Shown here piece by piece: positions 1 through 13,155 of a stretch of 64,000 bases of DNA. Numbering within the stretch: position 1 is the stretch's first letter; every line of letters starts with the position of its first letter. The DNA is taken from positions 100,688,001 to 100,752,000 of the forward strand of contig NC_042998.1 in assembly GCF_006345805.1 (NCBI RefSeq), read 5' to 3'. The stretch is from Octopus sinensis. Its lineage: Eukaryota. Position numbers and translations under genes: made by a program. Below the pieces are notes generated by a model. The model saw only the letters and a list, made by a program, of their open reading frames with translations. It did not search any database and was not told the origin of the DNA.

Positions 1-168
1 TCTTATAATTACATATATATATATATATAGAGAGAGAGAGACAGACTGAAGGTGAGAGAAAGAAAATGATGATTAAGAATAGTTAAATAAAATGGAGAGT
101 AATTAGTTAAAAAAAAACAACAGACAACATAACAGCAGGCAGGATGGACTCATTGCATTCTCCTCATC

Positions 169-444
169 TTATGAAGAGGACTCACCATTTGTTGTTGTTG
201 GAAGCAACCTACCAAATGCATCAAGGGACACCTCACCACCATTGAAATAACGAGCTGTATGTGGGATTTGGCGTTTTTTAGAGAATACCTTTTTCTTCCA
301 AAGACAGTAACAGGTGACAGCAATAAGGATGAGAATCACACACAAGGCGACAATCAATGCAATGACAGTGGCACTGGTAAAGATGGATTTGGTGTCAACA
401 TAAAGCAACCAGCCAACTTCATAACTTAAGTAGCCAATATAAAC
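169..444 (-). CDS. Exon 12: IGYLSY juxtamembrane, TM helix, basic stop-transfer, cytoplasmic start; probable donor at 186|185, otherwise stop at 169-171
   Basis: tctcag|VYIGYLSY...[38 protein letters not shown]...TTTN g|gtgagt; read-through gives GESSS*. Confidence 0.88.
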   Translation of the reverse strand, partial: VYIGYLSYEVGWLLYVDTKSIFTSATVIALIVALCVILILIAVTCYCLWKKKVFSKKRQIPHTARYFNGGEVSLDAFGRLLPTTTNGESSS

Positions 445-690
445 CTGAGAAATAAGCAGACAATTAGTTAAAGGGAAAAGGATTAAACAATATATACATA
501 TATGCATTAAAAATATGTAGGTGCAGGAAGCGCTATTTTGTTAAGAAGTTTTGTTTGCAACCACCAAGTTCTGTGTTCAATCTTACTGTGTAGCACTCTG
601 GATAAGTATCTTCTATTATAGGTCCAGGTCAATGAATGTCTCATGAGTGAATTTGGTACATGGAAATTGCTCAAAATGTAAAAGACATTC

Positions 691-747
<57 letters not shown>

Positions 748-2863
748 TCATCATCATCATCGTTTAATGTCCGCTTTCCATGCTAGCATGGGTTGGACGA
801 TTTTGACTGTGGACTGGCGAACCAGGCTCCAATCTGATCTGGCAGAGTTTCTACAGCTGGATGCCCTACCCAACGCCAACCACTCTGAGAATGTAGTGGG
901 TACTTTTACGTGCCACCTGCACAGGAGCCAGTCCAGTGGCACTGGCAACAACTTCATTTATATATATATATATATATATAGTTACGGTATATTCTGTTTG
1001 GAACATGGCAGAATACAGTATAAAGCTCGGCTACCCTTAGAATTACCCAATACTGCTGAGGTCAACTTTGCTTTTCATCATTTTGGGGTTGATAAATTAA
1101 GTACCAGTTGCATACTGAGGTTGATCTAATCAACTGGCCCCTCCCACCAAAATTTCAGGCCATATGCCTGTAATAGAAAGGATTATTATTGTAACTGTTA
1201 TTAAAACTATTAACTTTCTAACCACTAGTCATGCTTGAATCCTTTATGATAGTGCAGGTACTCTGTGTTCAATAGTGTTACTAGCAATACAATGACAGCA
1301 TTATTCTTGATAGCATAAACCCCAGTGCTCAACTGGTATTCATTTTATTGACCCTGAAAGGATGGAAAGCAAAGTTGACCATAATGGAATTTGAATTCAG
1401 AATGTAAAGCAGGAAGAAATGCTGCTGAGCATTCTGTCTAGCGTGTTACCAATGACACTTGTCATCTTTGTACTCTATATTCTTAATGAATCCTTTCAAA
1501 AACCAGAAGTAATACATAGATGTATTGATACTCTCTGATTCTTGTATATACTATGGTAGATACCATATTGACAGAATAAGTTGGAGTGCCAAATTAAATA
1601 CTTTACAATATTTTATTTTGCCTGTTTATATTTTGAGTTTAAATTCAACCAGCCAACTTTGCAATTTATCACACAGGTATAAACAAATTGATTATCACTT
1701 GTATTTTAGCAAGGATAATTATATTGACTATACCTGTCTCCTCATAAATATTTGTGGCCTTGTACAAATATCAAAAATCTTTATGGTGAACATGATGATT
1801 TCAGTGTGCTTTGGGTGTACTCAGCTTGCTGGAATCAATCTTTTCTAAAGTTAAGACTTAAGCGAGAAGTTTATGCATTCATAGTGGCTAAGATGCTAGT
1901 CTATCACAAGAAACCTTTCCCTACTAAAATATAGTGTCTGTTCCCTACTGTTAGGTGATCTGAGCCAATGAGTAAAACACTGTTTTTATCTTACTCAAAA
2001 ATACAAATTATTGTTATTGTAACTGATGCTGAGACCCCGTTCGGTCATGACTGACCATGGGATTGCACTTAGAAAGTTACCTTTCCAGGCACAAGTCCGG
2101 GCAAGGTTGTTTATGGAAGACCAGCAGTCGCCCATGCATACCGGCTTCCCCCCTCCACACCACCAGTGTTATCCAAAGGATAAGGCAAAGGCCGATACAG
2201 CTTGGCACCTGTGACGTAACTCATTTCTACAGCTGAGTGAACTGGAGCAATGTGAAATAAAGTGTCTTGCTCAAGAATACAACACAGCCCAGTCCGGGAA
2301 TCAAACTCACTACCTCATGATTGTAAGCTTGACACTTTAACCACTGAGCCATGTGCCTTCACTGTTATTGTAACACATATATAAAATTTGAATTCATAGT
2401 ACAAGTGTCAGCACCCCAAACATTCTCCCAAGGTCAAAGCTAATATATGTAAAAGATATGTAACGGATAAAGGGTGCATTTCTCAAGAAGAGTTTGTAAT
2501 TCTTATGGTACAATTAAAACTGATTCACACTTACTCCTCTATAGATTCTTGACTGCTATCTTTACTAATTTACTCACAGTATTCATCAAAAATGTTAAGT
2601 GGTGAAATGTGATTTAGTTTATATAAGATATTTAATGACTTGGATAATGACATAAAAACACACACAGGTCAGTGGATTGATATCAAATGTTGTGTGACTT
2701 TCTGCCCAACTTAGCCATCATTAAAAAAATAGTAAAAAGAACAAATGGAAATAAAATCTGCCGATGACGATGATAAGACTCTTAATGATGGTGAAAATGA
2801 TTTTTGTATTGCAAAGTGTTACAAAATTGTTGGTTTCAAATTTCATAATCTACTAATCACTTG

Positions 2864-2900
<37 letters not shown>

Positions 2901-5579
2901 GGTACCTTGTTTCCTTAAAAACAAACTGTGGGTATGCACAGTTTGGCGGAAGGATGGAAATTAGATAATAATAATAATAATGATAATAATAAAAATGATG
3001 ATGATGATGATGACAGCTATAATAACAACAATGGCAGTGATAATAATGATGATGATGATGGGGATAACAAACACGACCATCAATTATTTCAGTATCTATT
3101 TCCTCTGTATTTGTTTAAAAAGTTAAATGCTTTCTCTTTAATAGCTTCTTGCCATTTTATCCGACTGCTACTTCACAACAGACGTGACATGCCGTTACCA
3201 TTTCCCAGCAGTTGGTATTCCCCTTGTTTATTTGATACTATACAAACACATGAATAAATAAATTTAACAAAAAAAAAAACATAAATACAAAATAAAAAAA
3301 GAAAAAAGGAAAAGCATAGTTGTATGGTTAAGAATTTCACTTCACAAACTACAGGGTTCTCAGTTCAATTCCATGGTGTGATACCTTGGGCAAATGTATT
3401 CTTCTTTAGATGTGGACTGAACAACAACTTGTGAGAAGAGTTTGGTAGAGGGAAACAGTTCAGGAATCCATCATGTGTATACATGAGTGCATGTGTATGT
3501 GTCTCCATGTATGTTTCAAAAATTAATTCTGCCTGCCTGCCCACCCAGTTCAGTCCATGTAGCACCTTGTGCAAATATCGTCAACTATAACACTACGCCA
3601 TCCAAAGCCTTCTAAATGGATTTGGTTGATGGGACATTGAAATCATGATGATAATGATATAAACATATATTTACATGTACACACATGTATATGTATAAAT
3701 GTGTGCGTGTGTGCATGCTTGTGTGTGTTTGTATGCTTATATGTTTGTGTCCCTGTCTATGTGATTACATCAGTTTAAAACCTGGTGTTGTTTATATCGT
3801 GTCACTTTATAACCAATGACATAGCTGTTTGACCAAGAGAAATCGATGAAATAAATACCATCATCATCATCATCATCAATACCAGATTGAAATAAGCATC
3901 AGGGGTTGATATGATTGACTACATCCTCAAAAATAGTATCCCAGCATAGCCACAACCCAATGGCTGAAACCAATAGATGAATAAAAGGAAGTAGTTCACA
4001 ATATTATAGGTGCAGGTACAGCTGTGTGGTTAATAAGCTCACTTTGCAACTGTGAGGTTTCAGGTTCAGTCCAATTGTGGAGCATCTTAGGCAAGTGCCT
4101 TCTACTATAGCCCCAGGCCAACCAAAGCCTTGTTAGTGGATTTGGTAGATAGGAACTGAGCAGAAGCCTGTTGCATATTTATATCAGGGGCTGCTGAAAA
4201 ATTCCTGGCTTTGGGTAAAAGAAAATACAGGGAGAATCAATTAATTATGATTTCATTCAGCGTATTCCCCTCACAGATTGCAGTGGTCCTTTAGTTTTTC
4301 TAAAACCTGTGAAAGAATTCAGAAGGATGGGCTTCCAACCAAGCCTTTCGTAATACCCTCAAAGCCAGGAACTTTTCAGCACCCCACCCTCGTACTTGTG
4401 TGTGTGTATTTTTGTGTGTCTCTGTAACTTAGCAGTTCAGCAAAAGAAACCAATAGAATAAAGCACAAAACTTTAAAAATAAGCACTGGGGTTGATTTGT
4501 TTCACTAAGCCAATGGTTCCCAACCCTTTTATCTAAATGAGTTTTCCCATGGACCCCTTTTAATATGCTTATCCTTATGCGTGTGTGTGTGTATATATAT
4601 CTGAAATTTTGAATTTAGCTCACAGATCCCCAGTACTACTTCCTTTGCAAACCACCAGGGGTCTGCGGACTCTAGGTTGGGAACCACTGGACTAAACCCT
4701 TCAAGGCTGCACCCCAGGATGGTTGCAATCCAATGGCAAAAACAAGTAAAAAAAAAAAGAAAGGATAATAGTTACCTTCACATCTAATTTGAATTTTTTG
4801 GTGACATTTCTGGAAGGCATGTTTTGAGGGACACATTTTATGAAAGATAGTGCCAACTTAGTGATTTTACAAGGAATTCTGCCATCAATTGTTATGTTTA
4901 TGTCATTTGATCTAGCAACTAGAGTTATGTTTGTACCCTGTAATTAAAAAACAGAAACAGCTAAATAAAATAAACAATATCTATTTTATGCACAGTACAG
5001 TACAAAGCTGAAAAACTGAAGTAAATTTGAATACTACAAAAAAAAATATAAATAAAAAAAAAGAAAGAGCTAATTATGAGTGAAATGGGAATGTAAGCAC
5101 ATCTTTTCTGTGCATGTGATGTACAGAAAAAGAGGGAGTCTCCTGATGGACTGTTTCATTGTTTGTTGACTCTTCCTCAGAGAAGGCATAGACAGCTTCC
5201 TACCCCAATCAATAGCATAAAACATTCAAGTGATATAAAAAGTAGTCATAAATTAGGTTAGCACCACAATGGATAGCCTAAGAATGTATGTGCTTTTGAT
5301 GTCACATCATTAATTAAACAGTATCTCACTTATGTAGGTGATAGATGACTGAACCAGTCCATGTAATATATTACTGGTATTATAACAAATGGTGGAACAA
5401 TGAACTAAAATGATTTATGGTATTTATTATGTTCTGATTTTAAATGCTACATGGGTCACCTTAGTTTTTATTTTTTTCCAGGTTCAATACAATATGAACC
5501 AGTCAAGTAACTGGGGGTAGCTTAATCAATAGTTGTCCCTATTTGTTTTTTAGATGTGATCCAGAATGCGGCTGTGTGT

Positions 5580-5612
<33 letters not shown>

Positions 5613-8600
5613 ATGGTTGTGGTGGTGGAAATGGTAGTAGTAGTAGTAGTATTAGCAATGGTTGTGGAGGTAGTAGTAGTAGTAGTGAGATATGTGAGCA
5701 GCATTCTGATGTAGGAATCAACAACTGATTAGAACTAAAGTATTTCTGGCTCTGAAGTAACCTCTGTTTTAGCTATGATATAATCGGGATTTCATTATAA
5801 AAGATCATCAGCGATTATTTGTTTAGCATTTAAGGTTTTAACTGTGTATTGATCATGATTATAGAAGATATAGGGTTGTGAGTTCATTTGATAGGGAAGT
5901 GAATTTGTTTTGGTGTTTTTGAATGGAAAACAGCTCAAAGATTTAACGACAAACTTTCTACACACTAATGAACATCAGAAAGGCTGGACAGAATGACTGT
6001 GCTGTATAGACAGTGTTAGGCAAGGATTTCATGCATATCAACCTTCAAATAAATGATCTAACATGGGAGGTCTTCATGACCTGTTACAAATAGCAGTCAA
6101 ATTTCCCTCAAATTACCAAAATATCTTATATAATGGAAAGGGCACACTATATAATGTAGGCTTAGATAGTCCAATAAAAAGTCACAGCTGTATGAATTTG
6201 ACCATAAAGCTGCTCAACTAGAGTTGACCTGAAGCTAAACAACAATTTTCAAAGCAAGATGGATATAATTGATAGACAAAAGGAAAAGTATAACATTAGA
6301 GAAGTATTAAACAAAATAGTTGAGAATTTTCTTACCTTTATTTCAACTTCTTTTGCACTTGTACAATATTCAAAGACATTATTATCTCCAGAGAATCGTT
6401 TGATAATAGGATCAGGATAGTAACGGAATCGACTTATCATTGGCTTTGTTGTTGATAAGTTGTAGAGGTCAACAACTCCATCCATGAGTAAATGAGTATC
6501 CACAGGTATTATTTGCTTTGTACTTATACCAGGTATCTTAGGACTTTTGCAGTATAACCAAGTTCCTTCTTTGTTTGAGTGACATGGCTTAAGAAATAGA
6601 GTCAAAATAGAAGATTAAGAAGCAATATAATTAGGTTTGTGATCACACATTGAAAAGATAGATATCATCTGATTTTGAACTTTAAATATTGATTCACTAA
6701 ACTGAATATTACACAGAATCTAGATATAACTAGGCTGATAAGACAATTTCATCAATTATTTCTTTCTTTTGGCTGGTTCATTTATCAAGTGTTGTCAGTT
6801 TATTGATTGATTTAAATTCATTTAAATCATTTGAGCAAAATTATAATATTGTGTATTTCATATTCATATGTGGTTATTATTTTTTGCATACTGAACATAG
6901 ATGTTTATTGGGAAATTAAAATTTCTTCAATAAGTATCTTTACTAATGGTTCAAATCATTGTGGGATTCTGAACATCAGCCTGTCCAAAGCCCCCTAATG
7001 ATATAAATAAACTAAAGAACCATACACAAATAACTACATTATCACAAGTAACATTCTGATATATAACATAACAGAACTAAGGAGACATAGATGTAGAAAA
7101 CTAACTAACACAATGACACACAAACATTGGAATTGAACTCATGACATTATTTCTTATCTATGAGGTGACACCATGGTGTTTTATCCTCTTTTTATGAACT
7201 TGTTTCTACATAGAACTAAATTCACTCAACCAATCAATGAAAATCCATATCATAGGGGATGAGGCAGAGGTTTACATAAAGCGAATCAACTTTCTCCATC
7301 AATCTTTCTTGGTCATCAGCCAGCCTTATGTTTTCTCCTATCTTCCTCTTTGTTAATTCTGAACCCCTTCCTTCATGATCTCTCTCTTTCTCTGGGGATT
7401 TGTCTGACTATGTCTACTAGAAGTAGAGTGTCATGATGTCATGTGGCATTACAACTTCATTTTCCACCTTTTAGCAATTGACAGAAGAGTTTCAGGGAAT
7501 ACTAACTCCTTAACATTTTCTTTCCTAAGACATTAGTTTAATGTTTAAATTATATTTTAGTTAACCTAAATTCTAACATAGATACAGCTTGTTGCTAATG
7601 TTGTTCTTGAGTAGCTTTCATTTAGTCTTGTTTTAACAGATCTATAGTTTGGAGTTGATCAACTAAATTATCATTCAAAACATATTTTAATCTGTGGCCT
7701 TACTAGTTTATTTTGGAGCAAGCTGTTTTAAAATTTATCATTAAACACACTTGCAATTACATCATGGAAGAGCCATGCTAACCATTTAATAAGAGACAAA
7801 ACTAACAAATTCATTAAAATTTATCTGAGGTGTTAAAATTTATGTTGCACAACTGCAACTTATTGGCTGACATATAATCTCAGAATTAGTAAGGATTTTG
7901 TTGTAATATTTGGTAGATACACTGGTCAAACAAGCCACTAATGGAGCAACTATGTGGTCACTCAACCAGCTAAAAATAGCAGCTACGTCTCTCGCTCAGA
8001 TCATCTTCTCCCTTAAAAACAAAGGATAATATAATCAATAAAATGCTAGAATTAGAAAGGAGATTAAGGCACCAACATTTTCTAACACTTGGGATTAAAA
8101 TATAAAAAAAAAAAAATGGAAGGATACAGAATAATTTTTCAGTTATGTGCCTATCTATATGCCAAGATAACCAAATAATTCATTGTTTATTATATAAATT
8201 ATGTATATATGAAAAGATATAATTTTTTCAGTCAAATGAACCTAAAGGAATTTTGTTGAGCCTAGGAAGAGCCATTATGCCAATATAATTAAGACATGCA
8301 CTGGTTCAATTCCATGCCTTTATTATTAGTCAATTGGTTTAATATCCAACTAATTAATTGATTGTTTAATTTGTTTGTTGGATATTTAACCAATTGACTA
8401 ATAATAAAAGAGTGAAATTAAATCAGTGTGTGTGTTAATTATACTGACATAATGACTCTTCCTAGACACAACAGAATTTGTTTCAATACACGGATTCACA
8501 TAAAGAATCTTGCACTGCAGATACAAAAACGAAGTAGGAACTAAAGAAAATATACAAAAAAGAAAAAGAAAACAAACAAAATTCTAACATATGTTAGAAG

Positions 8601-11600
8601 AAGAAATGCGATCAAACACCTAAGTTCAGCAGTCATCACTGATACCTTCAACCATCATCAACATATTTTTAAAAAACTTATTTTCTCTTTTGGCATCAGG
8701 CTTGAGAGATTGCAAAACAGCATATTTTCAAGCATCTCAATTCTATGTCACTGACCTCTTCTGTGATCAGCATTAGTAACACTAGTAGTATGAGCATGTA
8801 AGTCTTGTTGATGAAACTGGTGGTATTTTCTGTTAGACAGTATCTTACATATTTCAGTTAGCTACTTATTTCTTACCTCTGTAGACAACGGCTGCTTTGA
8901 TTCCACAGTAATGCCACTCAGCCTTGGTTCTCTTACAGTATTTAAATTTGTGCCAGAAAATTCTATATTTATGCCACCACTAGAATAAATAAATAAATAG
9001 ATATATAAGATGAATTAAAGTAACTAATTATATAAAGAATAAAAAAACAATGTATAAAATAATTTTGGTAAAGAAAAATTAACAAAATATTTAAAAGCTG
9101 TATTTTCTCCAAAGAATTCATCATTCCTTCTGGAAGCAATGGAAAAAGAAGAAAAAGAAAGAAAAGATTTGACATTCTGATGGTTGTGATACTCCTGTCT
9201 TTTTTCCGTTAGTAGTTTCAGCAGTGATTACTAGGTTACAGACTTGGCTTGCCAGTAATTTACCAACATTATTCTATAGTGTCTGCTACCATTAATCAAG
9301 TCTATTAATTAAATATTAAAGTCTTGTTGTTAAAGTGCTATGATACTTCTGACTGACATACAAAAATTCTCTTAAAATATTTATTACATACAGTATCTGG
9401 TGAGAATATTTCATCACAAATGTAAAATTTTAAACTTGTCCCTCTTTTTTATTCTTTTATTTGTTTCAGTAATTTGACTGCAGCCATGCTGGAGCACCAC
9501 CTTTAGTCGAACAAATCGATCCCAGGACTTATTCTTTGGAAGCCTAGTACTTATTCCATCGGACTCTTTTGCTGAACTGCTAAATTACAGGGACATAAAC
9601 ACACCAACATTGGTTGTCAAGCGATGGTGGGGGGGGGGGCAAACATAGACACACAGACTCACACATACGACAGGTTTCTTTCAATTTCCGTCTACCAAAT
9701 CTATTCACAAGGCTTTGGTCAGCTTGAGGCTATAGTAGAAGACACCTGCCCAATGTGCTGCGCAGTGGGACTGAACCCGGAGCCATGCAGTTGGTAAGCA
9801 AGCTACTTACCACACAGCCACTCCTGTGCCTATAGAGAAACAAGATACACTAATTTTTAAGAAGTGGATTCCATAGCTGGATGTAAACATATAAAGAAAT
9901 TGAAAACAGCATTCAACAGAATACTAGCTTCACAAATAGATTATTATGTATTGATAGTTTGCATTTTAACTGAGTATCCTTTTTCTATCGTTATCATTGT
10001 TAATATTACGTTCATTTTTCTGTGCCAATGTTAGTTGTGTATTGGTTCATGATACGGCTGCATTTTACACATATTAGTTCCAGTTCTAGTCCCTGTAAGG
10101 TTCAATGTTCTGAAATTTGATCAGACTGTTTCTCTCCAAGAATTACTGATGTAGAATAATTTCTACAATCAGCATTTTCTAATACTAATTCCTTTTGTGA
10201 TTTCTCTGTTAGCAACCTTCATTCACAATACATATTCAAATATTCTTAAGCCAATACAGTCATTTCTCTTACATATATTTTATGATAGTACAATGTCCTC
10301 CAGTCACTTATTCTCTTCAGTTGTCTTTGATAGATAAGCATTACTCATCGGTTTCTTAAGGGCTTTGTCATAAGAGAAAAACCTATGGCCATGATCCTTT
10401 TTAGGAAGAGAAGAAGAAAGTTATCCTCAGACTGGATATTTGGCTAGAATGCTTGCAACAGAGTGAATGCTAATAAATACATGGAAGAGCCAAATGGTTG
10501 TATTAATCCTTTTGATACGAAAACCACCACCGTTTTAATAGTACAATTCCATTTTAAAGTGATCTAAATTAAAACTTTCTTTCAAAATTTCATGTTAGAT
10601 TATGTTTCAAACACCAGCTTAACCCTTTCGTTACTGTATTTATTTTGAGATGCTCTCTGTTTCTTTCAATTACTTCAAATATAACAAAGAATTTAGTAAA
10701 GTAACTTCGGTATCATTAAGCTAGTGTTAGGAACATAAACTGTGACTAAGGTTTGGTGGAAGATTTTAATTCAAAACTTATGAAAACAAGACATTTGTAC
10801 TCAGAGCAAGAGCTGGTTTCAGCCGGGTTGGTAACGAAAGGGTTAATAATGGCAAAGAGATAGTATACTAAATTCTTCATTATTTTCAAAATTAATTGAA
10901 GCAAAAGCAGTGTATTTCAACAGAAATATGGTAACATGAGGGTTAAACATGGTGGTAGATTAAGTCAATCACCCAAAAAACAGGAACAAATTCTCTGACA
11001 GACTTCCACACAATGTTGAGCAAAGTCTACATAAATGGCTTTCATTAACTAGAGGCTAAGGTAGAAGACGCTTTAATGTGCCTTAGAGTAGGATTGAACC
11101 CAAAAGTATGTAGTTGAAAGCAGATTTTTCAATCACATAGCCATGCCTGTATCTTTAGTTGTCGAAGCACTGCATCCTTCAAAACTTCCATGCTTCCTGA
11201 GATTCGCCAACACTACACCTGATTTTCTCCCCTCCATACACACGCAAGCATGTATCTGACTTATACACTGTTCACTTTCCAGACATTTGTACATTACTGC
11301 ATATGTTTTATATGCACTTTTGACAAGTTGTGGTGCACCTGAGCACTGTATACAATAATTTCATTATTATTATTATATACATCTTGTTCTTTTCCAATTA
11401 CTTAAGATTCTTTGCATTCATGGCTTTAAATCATTCATTCAATGTCACAACCTAAATTTTTCCTTTAAATATTTAAAATGAAATTTTAAATGCTTCATAC
11501 AATCAGTTGACCCTTTCCATGGTGATAATATCTTGTTTCCAGCAGAGTTAGAAATTCATGAAAATTGTTTCCTCTCTTAACTGTAACTATAACACCATCA

Positions 11601-13098
11601 CTCAATCCAACCCCAACTGAATGTAATTAATTTCATGACTCACCTCTGGATGCTGTGTGTTGAGTTAACATGAGAAATTGTTGGGTCTTCTGTATAGGTG
11701 AATCCATCAGGTTGCTTCATGTTACTGCCATCAATAATGACTCTTAGGCTGCCTTGACCTAGAAAGTCAACTGACGGTGTTTTGGCAATGATTTCAGTAT
11801 CTGTTCGTCTGAAAGCAAATGAAAATACACAATTTTATATGAACTTGCTTTAAACTAATTCCAGATAGTATTTTTCTGCTAAATTAGAAATAAATGCACA
11901 GCTTATGAAACCAAAGTTTTGTTTGCTGACAAATATAGACTCGGTGTTCTTAGCTTCATGTTCAAAGTTGCAAAAAGAAAATATATCATTTTATGAACAC
12001 ATGCAACATGTACAGAATTTTTGATACCCACAAGTTAGTTTAAGTTATGTGCATATGTTTTGTATGTGTGTATATGAGTTTGTCTACTGCACTGTACTTG
12101 AATCTTATATTTAGTTATTTTATTTATTCATTTGTGGAGGCGCAATGGCTTAGTGGTTAGGGCAGCAGACTCACGGTTGTAGGATTGCGGTTTCGATTCC
12201 CAGACCGGGTGTTGTGAGTGTTATTGAGTGAAAACACCTAAAGCTGCACGAGGCTCCAGCAAGGGGTGGTGGCGATCCCTGCTGTACCCTTTCACCACAA
12301 CTTTCTCTCAGTCTTTCTTCTGTTGGCCTGCTCACTTAGCCAGCTGGGTGGCGTCATTTGAAGGCTAAAACAATGTGAAGCGCATTGTGACCAGCGATGT
12401 GTAGCAACATCTGATAGCCTGGTTGGTCACGTGATTTATTCGTTTATTTACTTATATAAAAAACAAATGAATAAGTAAATAAACAAACAAATAAAATAAC
12501 TAAATGAAAGACATGGATACAAATAATGTAGAGCAAACACACACACAAATACAAATGTGTGACGAAAGAGCTTTGACTAAGAAACAAAAATAATAATAAA
12601 GCTGAAGCAATGACCAAACATAGAGCGTGTGTTATTTACATTATTTACATTTAATGGATATTTGTCTTCATCTTGTTTGTTGTTAACACAACGTTTTGGC
12701 TGATATACCCTCCAGCCTTCATCAGGTGTCTTGGGGAAATTTTGAACCTGGGATCTCATTCCTAAGGTATTTTTTGATGTTTTTATTATTATTATTATTA
12801 TTATTCAAGTCACTGTCTGGAATCGAACTCGGAATCTTGGGGTTAGTAGCCTGCGCTCTTAACCACTACGCCATATGCTCGTGTTTTTTATATTTTTTTA
12901 ATTTAAATTTAAAAAATTTTTTTTATTTTTTAAGAGATGAGGAATTATTTACATTTGACAGATATTTGCCCTCATCTTGTTTGATGTTAACACAACGTTT
13001 TGGCTGATATATCCTTCAGCCTTCATCAGGTGTCTTGGGGAAATTTCGAACTTGGGTTCTCATTCCTAAGGTATTTTTCATTGTTGTTGTTGCTGTTG

Positions 13099-13155
<57 letters not shown>

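Noticed and set aside
5147-5184. Minus-strand CTGAGGA...GAAACAGTC hammerhead-like core
   Set aside because: Stems I and II do not pair convincingly; at best a badly decayed relic.
9040-9135. Acceptor-like ttccag|[16 protein letters not shown] as a candidate IPT exon
   Set aside because: It runs into a stop with no donor, and exon 8 (11644-11808) already supplies the correct phase and motifs.
9990-10095. ttacag|[13 protein letters not shown] as a candidate exon
   Set aside because: In-frame stop and no need for it in the domain architecture.
12810-12880. tRNA gene calls at SINE heads (also 12135, 13155-13222, 60915)
   Set aside because: The acceptor stem is incomplete and each is followed by a SINE body; these are tRNA-derived heads, not tRNA genes.
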